Assembly: GCA_964474975.1 (NCBI GenBank)
Contig: CAYYUX010000004.1
Span: 1 to 54,481, forward strand
Direction: 5' to 3'
Length of the DNA stretch: 54,481 nucleotides
From: an uncultured Thermodesulfobacteriota bacterium
Lineage (GTDB): Bacteria > Desulfobacterota > GWC2-55-46 > JADFVP01
Both the position numbers and the translations under genes were made by a program. The notes below the pieces were generated by a model. That model did no database searches, had not been told where the DNA came from, and saw only the letters and a list, made by a program, of their open reading frames with translations. Positions 18,332 to 26,502 of the stretch are shown in pieces (the first letter of the stretch is position 1; every line of letters starts with the position of its first letter).

Positions 18332-19030
18332 TCACCTTATATTCTGTGAAGCGGCATATTTTATGGTATGGCGTTTGAAAAAGCTAAAATATTTTTTGTA
18401 AGTTATTGTCTGTAACGGATATATCTCCGCGAACTTCATTCTTCGGTAAAGTATCTGGAACAATGGAAACTGCTCGGCCTTGCAGATAGCCTTCATCTTG
18501 TATCTGCCAATACTCTTGCAATAAAGAGTCATCTCACGTAACGCGACTTTGTGTATATTTTTAAACCTGAATTCGGGAACCGTATAGAGGTCCATCGGAA
18601 TAATCTCATCACAAGATGGACGTAAAGTTAATCCTGAAAATGGATCGTAGAAGTCACTTAGAATCAGCCACTGATAGTATACTACCCTACCCTTATGTAT
18701 GCCTACAAAAACAAGGTAGTTTTTCTCAAACCAATCCTTGAACCTACGTATCTTCTTCTTGGGCATGAACTCCTCAAAGGCGCAGAGGTCCTCCACTGTA
18801 CCCAGCCGTATCTCAATATCAACTAAAGAATTATATTCGTCAGATGGCCCTCCCTGCTCAAACCATGTCTCCATAGTCATGTCACCGCCGAACAAGATCA
18901 ACTCTCTTTTTAGATAAAAAACCTTCCACAGACGCTTTACGCCTGCCTTTAATATATCTTTAGCGCTGCGTCCTCTAAATTTAGCCAATAAACTAAAAAT
19001 ATTTTTCACCTCTTTCAAGCAAAAATCCAA
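18332..19030 (-). CDS. Hypothetical protein, probably GNAT-fold acyltransferase
   Basis: 'LVFVGIHKGRVVYYQW' and 'DLYTVPEFRFKNIH' resemble GNAT strands and motif A (consensus V.PEYRG.G); start codon uncertain. Confidence 0.55.
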   Translation of the reverse strand: MDFCLKEVKNIFSLLAKFRGRSAKDILKAGVKRLWKVFYLKRELILFGGDMTMETWFEQGGPSDEYNSLVDIEIRLGTVEDLCAFEEFMPKKKIRRFKDWFEKNYLVFVGIHKGRVVYYQWLILSDFYDPFSGLTLRPSCDEIIPMDLYTVPEFRFKNIHKVALREMTLYCKSIGRYKMKAICKAEQFPLFQILYRRMKFAEIYPLQTITYKKYFSFFKRHTIKYAASQNIR

Positions 19031-19283
19031 GGCATCCCTTAAGGGATGTCAAAAGCAGGAAGGGCGGAAACAATTCCCGGCAGATACGATTTTAGCTCAA
19101 TAGATACATCTTTTAGTAGTGTCGACGTTTTTTATAGCAACATAATTGATTGGATAAAAAAGGAAAGTTGACTGCAGTAATTACTCTGGTAAGTTTAGCC
19201 TAATCCTTTAGTGACCAGCCCAAGTACATCGCCTATCCCGGGAAACAAATATACTTCGGCAGACATAAAACGATTTGTTAGAT

Positions 19284-19317
19284 AAAAAACTCCCTTATCC
19301 CCCTTGAGGTTGGAGTC
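19284..19317 (-). terminator. Possible terminator after the fabF pair
   Basis: Minus strand GACTCC...GGGAG followed by T6; imperfect stem. Confidence 0.35.
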
Positions 19318-19381
19318 TTCATCCCTTTCGAGCTCTCCTGTATTAATTACGCGAGCTTAAGCAAAAAGGTATCGTAATATC

Positions 19382-20614
19382 CTACTTATATTTTCGCACA
19401 ACAATGACAGAGTTTACCCCACCAAAGCCGAAGGAGTTTGAGAGAGCCGTATTAATCTCTGCCTTTCTGCCCTGATTCGGCACATAGTCAAGGTCGCACT
19501 CAGGATCTGGAACCTCATAATTTATAGTAGGAGGAAGATACTGATTTTCAATGGCGAGTATGGTAGCGATAAGCTCCGCAGACCCCGCCGCGCCAAGCAT
19601 ATGACCGACCATGGATTTAATTGAACTTACTGGTACCGAGTATGCCCTTTCACCCAGAGCCGCCTTTATGGCCATGGTCTCGCCTTTGTCGTTCTGAGAT
19701 GTCGCAGTACCGTGCGCATTTATGTAATCAATATCATCTACAGAGATCCCGGCATCATTAATGGCGCCCTTAATGGTATCCGTCTCCCCTTCTATACTTG
19801 GAAAAGTAAGGTGATGCGCGTCTGAACCGGCCCAGTATCCCGCCACCTCGCAATATATATGAGCCGAGCGTTTCAATGCGTGTTCCAAGCTCTCAAGCAC
19901 AATTACACCGGAGCCCTCTCCTAAAACCGGGCCGTCTCTGTCTTTGCTAAAAGGCCTAACAGCCCCCTCGGGGCAATCATTCCTCGTAGACAAGACCCTT
20001 AACTTACACCAACCACTCAACATAGGAGGCGTAATAGGGGCTTCCGAACCTGCGGTAATCAAGGCATCGGCATATCCATGTTTAATAAGCCTGTACCCTT
20101 CGCCCACAGAAACAGCTCCAGAGGCGCACGTATTGGTATATGAATAATTAACCCCTTTAATCCCGTATTCTATCGCGATGTTTGAGGCAACCGCTACTCC
20201 CATTGCCCTTGGAAAGGTTATAGGGTCTACGGCCCGGGCGCTCTTAAGATAAAAGTCTTTATACAACTCCTCCCGGGAATGTACAGCGCCTTCACTTGTA
20301 CCGCACAGGACACCGATCCTTCGGCGGTTGTCATCGTTAATCTCAAGTTTGCTGTCTTTAATGGCCTCAGCCGCGGCGACAAGGGCAAATTGGGTGATCC
20401 GATCAGTTACATAAATCTTCTGCGGACTCATATGGTTTTTAGGCTCAAACCCCTTGACCTGCGCGGCCACTTTTGTCCTGAAAGGGGCCGTGTCAAAGCC
20501 CTCAATAGGGGCCACACCGGACCTGCCGCATGATAAGGAATCCCAGTAAGCCTTTTTATCATTACCTATGGGGCTGATAATCCCCATACCTGTAACCACT
20601 ACTCTCTTTTCCAA
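19382..20614 (-). CDS. fabF: Beta-ketoacyl-ACP synthase II-type ketosynthase (copy 2)
   Basis: 'RVVVTGMG', catalytic 'NTCASG', 'INAHGTAT', 'SIKSMVGHMLGAAG', 'SNSFGFGG'. Start placed at TTG 20614 behind a GAGGA RBS; the ORF track extends to 20680. Confidence 0.88.
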   Translation of the reverse strand: MEKRVVVTGMGIISPIGNDKKAYWDSLSCGRSGVAPIEGFDTAPFRTKVAAQVKGFEPKNHMSPQKIYVTDRITQFALVAAAEAIKDSKLEINDDNRRRIGVLCGTSEGAVHSREELYKDFYLKSARAVDPITFPRAMGVAVASNIAIEYGIKGVNYSYTNTCASGAVSVGEGYRLIKHGYADALITAGSEAPITPPMLSGWCKLRVLSTRNDCPEGAVRPFSKDRDGPVLGEGSGVIVLESLEHALKRSAHIYCEVAGYWAGSDAHHLTFPSIEGETDTIKGAINDAGISVDDIDYINAHGTATSQNDKGETMAIKAALGERAYSVPVSSIKSMVGHMLGAAGSAELIATILAIENQYLPPTINYEVPDPECDLDYVPNQGRKAEINTALSNSFGFGGVNSVIVVRKYK

Positions 20615-20615
20615 A

Positions 20616-21893
20616 TCACATATCCTCACTATCAGAACCATTCCATTTTTTAAGCACCAAGGTTGAGTTGGCCCCTCCAAAACCGAAAGAGTTCGTTAAT
20701 GCGATATTAACGTTTACATCCCTCGCAGTATTCGGCACATAGTCAAGATCACACTCAGGGTCCGGTTCTTCGTAGTTAATGGTAGGCGGGACTACGCTAT
20801 TCTCCATGGCAAGGATACAGGTTATAAATTCTATAGCCCCTGATGCGCCAAAAGTATGTCCAACATTTGGCTTAATTGAGCTTATTGGAACGGAGTATGC
20901 CTTATCACCCCAAACCTCCTTAAGCGTCTCTGTCTCTACCTTATCATTCGCCCTCGTCGCAGTACCATGGGCACTGATATAATCAACATCCCCTGGTCCT
21001 ATACCGGCTTCGTCCAGAGCCATTTTTATCGCTCTTACTTCCTGAGCTTGATTCGGATAGGTAATATGAAAAGCATCACTTGTCGCCCCATAGCCGATAA
21101 CCTCACAGTATATCCTCGCATCTCTTGCCAGGGCGCTCTCCAGACTCTCAAGTATTACAATGCCCGCCCCTTCGCCTATTACAAGGCCATCACGATTTTT
21201 ACTAAAGGGCTTGCAGGCCCTTTTAGGGTCATCGTTATTGGGAGACAGAGCCCTGAGCTTGTTCCACCCTGAGAAAACAATGGGAGAGATAGTAGCATCA
21301 GAGCCGCCTGTGACCATTATATTCTGATATCCGTTTTTTATCTTCTGATAGGACTCCCCGATAGCATTAGAGCCCGATGAACAAGCGGTAGCCAATGCAT
21401 AGCTTATCCCTTTAAGCCCGAAGTGAAGAGATATATTACTTGCGGCGGCATTATACATAACCAGAGGCACTGTTAATGGATTGACATAACGGTAACCTTT
21501 TTGAAAAAGCTCTTTGGCAGAATTGTCATGGGAGACAATGCCAGCCACGGCAGAGCCAAGTATTACGCCTGCCTCCTCTCTGGCATTATTACTAAGAGCG
21601 CTGTCTTGAAGGGCAGATGTTGTAGCGGCAATCCCGAAAAGGGCACATGGATCCATCCTCTTAATATTCTTAACGTCAAGAAAATCTTTAGGATTAAAAT
21701 CATCTATAGTTGCCGCTATCTTCGTCCTGTAGCTTGAAGTATCCAACCTCGCCTCAGGAATTCTCTTAACACCGGTTTTTCCACTAATCAAGGCCTCCCA
21801 AAAAGATTCTTTAGTAGAACCAATAGATGTAAGCAGACCTATCCCGGTGACGACAACCCGTCTTTTGCCACTACCTTGCACGGGCCTACGCAT
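20616..21893 (-). CDS. fabF: Beta-ketoacyl-ACP synthase II-type ketosynthase (copy 1)
   Basis: 'RRVVVTGIG', 'TACSSG', 'SAHGTAT', 'GHTFGASG', 'NSFGFGG'. Confidence 0.9.
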   Translation of the reverse strand: MRRPVQGSGKRRVVVTGIGLLTSIGSTKESFWEALISGKTGVKRIPEARLDTSSYRTKIAATIDDFNPKDFLDVKNIKRMDPCALFGIAATTSALQDSALSNNAREEAGVILGSAVAGIVSHDNSAKELFQKGYRYVNPLTVPLVMYNAAASNISLHFGLKGISYALATACSSGSNAIGESYQKIKNGYQNIMVTGGSDATISPIVFSGWNKLRALSPNNDDPKRACKPFSKNRDGLVIGEGAGIVILESLESALARDARIYCEVIGYGATSDAFHITYPNQAQEVRAIKMALDEAGIGPGDVDYISAHGTATRANDKVETETLKEVWGDKAYSVPISSIKPNVGHTFGASGAIEFITCILAMENSVVPPTINYEEPDPECDLDYVPNTARDVNVNIALTNSFGFGGANSTLVLKKWNGSDSEDM

Positions 21894-22137
21894 CCTCCAT
21901 GCATTCTTGGATTAATACAACGGCAGAGGCAAAAGAGTCAATCTTCTGTGCGGCCTCATCAGGGATATCAACATCAAAAAGTTGCTCAAGATTGGATATT
22001 ATACCTAAGGCGGAAAGAGAATCGCCTCCGAGCTCAGCAAGGGTAGAGTCTTTCTTAATATCCTCCACCGAGACATCCAAAACCTTGGTTATAGCCTGTT
22101 TAACCTTTTCTTCGACTGCTTTAATATCTTCCGGCAT
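21886..22137 (-). CDS. acpP: Acyl carrier protein
   Basis: 83 aa acidic protein with phosphopantetheine site 'LGGDSL' and 'LEQLFDVDIPDE.A.KI'. Confidence 0.88.
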   Translation of the reverse strand: MPEDIKAVEEKVKQAITKVLDVSVEDIKKDSTLAELGGDSLSALGIISNLEQLFDVDIPDEAAQKIDSFASAVVLIQECMEDA

Positions 22138-22156
22138 ATATTCTCCTTATTAGTTT

Positions 22157-22903
22157 TCAGGCCAACCCGCCGTCTATTCTTATTACCTGACCGGTAATAT
22201 AACTTGAATGCTCAGAAGCAAGGAAGCACACCGTATCAGCCACCTCTTGAGGTCTTCCAAATCGTCCCAACGGTATATTGTCAAGATATTTTCTCTGCGA
22301 TTCTTCAGGAATATCATTCAGCATATCTGTTTCGATAAAACCCGGCGCAACGGCATTCGCGTTAATACCAAAAGGCGCCAGTTCCTTGGCCAGAGACTTG
22401 GTGAAACCGATAACACCACCTTTGGAGGCAGTATAATTGGTCTGTCCAGAAGAGCCTACAATACCACTGAGAGACGCAATATTTATTACTCTCCCGGTTC
22501 TTCTTTTCATCATTGAAAAGACAACACTTCTTGTAACGTTAATAACGCCTATGAGGTTGGTATTAATCACCTCAAGCCAGTCATCAGGCTCCATGTTAAT
22601 TAAAAATTTATCTCGTAAGATGCCCGCGTTGTTGACAAGAATGTCAACAGGCCCCAGGGAGTCCTTTACCGACTTTACCATTGATTTAACAGCATCATAA
22701 TCAGCAACAGGACATTGCAATGCCAGTGCCTCTCGACCGAGAGCCCTTATCTCTTCTTCAACCCTCTTGGCGGTTTTATCGCTGGACAAATAAGTAAAGG
22801 CTACATCAGCACCATTGCCCGCAAGGGTCAATGCAATCTCGCGGCCTATTCCCCTTGTAGCGCCCGTAATTAATGCAATTTTGTTTTCCAAGTCCAATTC
22901 CAT
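22157..22903 (-). CDS. fabG: 3-oxoacyl-ACP reductase (SDR family)
   Basis: 'TGATRGIG', 'VNNAGI.RD', '[11 protein letters not shown]', 'VAPGFI.TDM', 'YITGQV'. Start set at ATG 22903 (MELDL); the ORF track extends to 22999. Confidence 0.9.
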   Translation of the reverse strand: MELDLENKIALITGATRGIGREIALTLAGNGADVAFTYLSSDKTAKRVEEEIRALGREALALQCPVADYDAVKSMVKSVKDSLGPVDILVNNAGILRDKFLINMEPDDWLEVINTNLIGVINVTRSVVFSMMKRRTGRVINIASLSGIVGSSGQTNYTASKGGVIGFTKSLAKELAPFGINANAVAPGFIETDMLNDIPEESQRKYLDNIPLGRFGRPQEVADTVCFLASEHSSYITGQVIRIDGGLA

Positions 22904-23672
22904 ATCAATGGGTATGCGACGCGATACTTGAATGTAATATAATTTAAACTTTGCACATTCTATCTGAGAGATAAGCGGCCTTAAAAATAATGGCCGCAAC
23001 TCATATTTATTACAGGCGAGTTACTATTCAATAACTCAGCTCTTGATGTAATATTTTATCATATAGCCATGATGAATAAAACAAAAGTTTTAATGACTCC
23101 AAACCCGCCTTCATCTCGGCATATTCACCTCGGGCCGCCGGATTTCCCATCCATTGCAAGAGGAGATAAAAAATCAAACAGCCCTGTAGAGCAGTCTATA
23201 TTCGCCCTCTTTTACCATATCGTTTTATCCGAGTCAAAACAAATATAGGCAGAAATTTAGTAGCATTTACAGTTTTTTGCTATGCTATTATCACCTTTTT
23301 TTATAGGCAGTTCTCACAGCCAGACCTCACTCAGACGCAGGAGATCAGGCCAGCCGCACTCCCAGCGTCAAGGGCTCGTTAAGAACGGCCTAAAGGTTGC
23401 TTCCGGCGGACTTATTGATAACAGATAGTTCTTTTTCGTTTCTCGAAAGCCCCTCCGTGACCATATCATACCTAAGTTCCTCGTAAGCTGTTTGACGCTC
23501 TTTCTTGAGGCCGCATACCTGCCTCGTCTGGGGTAAAAACACATTAATAGGTTCTCTATACTATGCCGCAGGCACATCTGAACGAGAGCATATCAGCCGG
23601 GTGCATCTTCCACGGCGTTACCCCTTGCCGCCTGCACAAAAAAACCTTCCCGCCTTGATAATTACACTCAAC

Positions 23673-23697
23673 ACCCCTCGATTCTAAATCGAGGGGT
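23673..23697. repeat. Perfect 11-bp inverted repeat (hairpin/REP-like)
   Basis: ACCCCTCGATT-CTA-AATCGAGGGGT, about 80 nt downstream of the radical SAM gene. Confidence 0.7.
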
Positions 23698-23775
23698 ATA
23701 ACGGTACGCATCGCATGGATGAGGCCGTTGCGCCTCACTTATAAAATATATGCATCGTTACGTGTCCTTACCTTC

Positions 23776-24834
23776 TCACGTTGTTTTCCCATACTTGGGA
23801 CACCTGCGGCAGACATCGGGCATACCTGTCTTTAACTCGTTGCGAAACTTTATAAAGGCCTCGCCGTTCCATATTTCCTCAAGAGTATTCTGAAAGATAT
23901 TCCCCATATATGTTGTCTTGTCATAGAAGCTGTCGCTACAGGGGTTTATCCAGCCCGAGGCATTGACATAAAAAAATTTCCAAGGCTCCCGGCACTCCCT
24001 CACCCTCTCCTCATTATTGAGACGCTCCAGCATATCGCCTCCATATACAAGTGTGACGTTTTGTTCGGCGGCGGCTTTCCTGTATTCCTCCAGTGACTTA
24101 ACATCTTCAGCGGATAATGCATCGCCTTCCGTATCATAATGTTCCAAGAGGCCGTGAAGACGTACGCGCGTTACACCTAATTTGCTAACGGTATTTACGA
24201 GTAACGGAATCTCATTGATATTCCTATGCATAGCCACCATGAAAACCGTTATATATGGTTTTGTCCGTCCCAAACCATTTCTGATCTCTATTAGTCTTTT
24301 TAAATTTGCGCACACCACATCAAATTTAGCACCGGCCCTGATTCTCTCATAGCTTTCCTGAGTTCCGCCGTCTATTGAGACATTGATATTAGTCAAACCG
24401 CGGGCGTTGACCAGTTTGAACGCTATTTCTTCAGTCATTAACATTGCGTTTGTGAAAAAATGAGTAACAATACCTTTTTTATAGGCATAATTTATCATAT
24501 CCACTAAATGCGGATTCATAAGCGGCTCGCCAACACCATTTATAAGAGCGGATTGCACAAATGGCAGTCTATCTATGACCAGCTTGAAATTTTCAAGCGA
24601 CATGTGTTCCAATTTACGCCTATCTTTCCATTCCTCAATAGAATGCGCGCACATTTTACACTTCAAATTACAGACGTTGGTTATCTCTATCTGCGCGGCG
24701 ATGGGCTTGCTCTTAACAACCAAGGGCAGAACCTTCAGGGTATATAGCTCCGCCACAGAGAGATTAAGGAGGCTACGAACACCTTGCCGTATTACAGCCT
24801 TACCATATCGTCTTAAAATATTTTGTTTAGCCAT
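23776..24834 (-). CDS. Radical SAM enzyme with C-terminal SPASM/twitch domain
   Basis: CxxxCxxC 'CNLKCKMC', 'GVGEPLMNP', 'VSIDG', C-terminal 'CREPW...G.INPC...GNI....L.EIWNG...CRRC'. Start ATG 24834 has a GGAGG RBS; the ORF track extends to 24924. Confidence 0.9.
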   Translation of the reverse strand: MAKQNILRRYGKAVIRQGVRSLLNLSVAELYTLKVLPLVVKSKPIAAQIEITNVCNLKCKMCAHSIEEWKDRRKLEHMSLENFKLVIDRLPFVQSALINGVGEPLMNPHLVDMINYAYKKGIVTHFFTNAMLMTEEIAFKLVNARGLTNINVSIDGGTQESYERIRAGAKFDVVCANLKRLIEIRNGLGRTKPYITVFMVAMHRNINEIPLLVNTVSKLGVTRVRLHGLLEHYDTEGDALSAEDVKSLEEYRKAAAEQNVTLVYGGDMLERLNNEERVRECREPWKFFYVNASGWINPCSDSFYDKTTYMGNIFQNTLEEIWNGEAFIKFRNELKTGMPDVCRRCPKYGKTT

Positions 24835-24991
24835 TTTTATCCTCCACCAATAAAATTTTAAAAACAATGGAGTATGAACTCGCCGCCTAAAGGCATACAT
24901 GCACCGATTAAACCAGCCCCACATACCGCAAGATAACCATTGTTTATTCTAAACTCCATTTCGTAACATCTGATTATGTTCAGAGAACTGT

Positions 24992-26494
24992 TTAACACAG
25001 AGGTAATGATTCCTTCGCGGCGCAATCCTCGACAATCAATGCGTGCAATGCGGCTATCATCCCAAAAGCAAACCACAGGGCAGGGTTGATGCCGGCAAAA
25101 TCCATCTTAATCATAGCATGAACCCCCCAGGAGCATACGCCGGCGAAGACGCCGATGCCTATCGGCGAGTACAAATTATCCTTCCCTTGAAAACATATCA
25201 ATGCCATCTTAAAAGCCCTATATAAAACCAGCAGAAAAACGGCCAGGGCCGCCAACCCCGATTCGGCGCCGATAATCAGATAAGCATTGTGCACAGGATA
25301 AGGAAACCTGTAAGATACATTTTCTCTCGAACGGTCGTATTTGTTCATTTCGGTTGTATAGTTATTGAGGCCAACACCTCTAATGGGATTTGATTCTATC
25401 ATATTTACCGCAACCTTCATCATTGGTATCCGGCTGTAAGCCGAGCCATGGTCGTCTTCAAAAATTCGTTCCCTCACAGATGGCACGGCAATAATAGTCA
25501 TCGTACCAAGCAAGGCAACAGCCACAATCATTAAGGCGGAGGCCTTCAAGCTACTGTTCAGCAAGGACCTCAGAAGCCCGAAAATCGAGATAAACAGGCT
25601 AAGTGTCAGAGCAATCCATCCTCCTCGGGACAGTGTCAACAACTCCGTAAAGAAGCCTGACATCAAAATTGCGAAGATGGCCAATCTAAAGATCCCCCTT
25701 GTCTTGGTAAATAGGACACAGAGCAACATGGACAAGACAAAGTTGAGATACATCGCCAAAGAGTTGGCGCTTCCTATGGTGCCGCCTACCCTAGACAAAA
25801 CCGTAGAACCAGCAGTCGTGGTCTCAAAAGCCTTCGCACCCTCTCCAAATATCTGAAGTCCGAATGTACCCCCTGTAATAAACTGCAAAATACCTATAAC
25901 GCTTTGCAAGAACACCCCCATGGCAAGTGCCGACACAACGAACAAGACATCTTCTCTACTCTTTATATTATTCGCGAAATAAATAAAGATGAGATATGAC
26001 TTGGCAATGAGTATCGCCATGGATAAACTCAGCTGTAAATCCTGAGACCACAAGGCAGATAGCCCTGCAAGGGCTACATAAAGAAGCGTCGGGATGGAGA
26101 TGGAGGGGAAAAAATTAAAAGTTTCCTCTTTACATATCAGTTGAAACAGCCACATACCCAGCAATACGACAAAAAAAACATCAAATATAGTAACAGGCAA
26201 CCCCGTTAATTGAGCGTAGTTTGTGACCTTGTAAATTAAAAAGAAATCCAGACGGATAGGAATAAAAAATACTGTCAAGAACAGAAGACACCTCTTGTAT
26301 TCTCTTATTACAACAAAAAAAGAGAAAAAAGATATCACCCCCATAGCAGAAGCGGCCAGCCATTTCCTCCCATGGAACGCGGAAACGACAATCGCGACGC
26401 CTGAGAGAACTCCCAAAAGTACGGTAACAATATTGCTGGGCAGAGCCGTTCTCCGCCCTGTTGTGAAGTTGTCATTTCTCAATGCAGTTCTCAA
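24992..26494 (-). CDS. O-antigen ligase/Wzy-family polytopic membrane protein (probable polymerase)
   Basis: Many TM helices; 'RVGGTIGSAN.LA', 'TLSRGGWI', 'NPIRGVG.NN', 'VHNAYL.I.AE.G' Wzy_C/WaaL motifs. Confidence 0.85.
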   Translation of the reverse strand: MRTALRNDNFTTGRRTALPSNIVTVLLGVLSGVAIVVSAFHGRKWLAASAMGVISFFSFFVVIREYKRCLLFLTVFFIPIRLDFFLIYKVTNYAQLTGLPVTIFDVFFVVLLGMWLFQLICKEETFNFFPSISIPTLLYVALAGLSALWSQDLQLSLSMAILIAKSYLIFIYFANNIKSREDVLFVVSALAMGVFLQSVIGILQFITGGTFGLQIFGEGAKAFETTTAGSTVLSRVGGTIGSANSLAMYLNFVLSMLLCVLFTKTRGIFRLAIFAILMSGFFTELLTLSRGGWIALTLSLFISIFGLLRSLLNSSLKASALMIVAVALLGTMTIIAVPSVRERIFEDDHGSAYSRIPMMKVAVNMIESNPIRGVGLNNYTTEMNKYDRSRENVSYRFPYPVHNAYLIIGAESGLAALAVFLLVLYRAFKMALICFQGKDNLYSPIGIGVFAGVCSWGVHAMIKMDFAGINPALWFAFGMIAALHALIVEDCAAKESLPLC

Positions 26495-26502
26495 TCCTCT
26501 TC

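Noticed and set aside
19382-24834. Aryl-polyene or ladderane gene cluster interpretation
   Set aside because: No dehydratase, chain-length factor, acyl-AMP ligase, B12-binding radical SAM or desaturase-like genes; the context is glycan biosynthesis.
16709-24834. Classical sulfatase plus anaerobic sulfatase-maturase pair
   Set aside because: The sulfatase-fold protein has W-T-M-P-S rather than C/S-x-P-x-R, so there is no formylglycine precursor.
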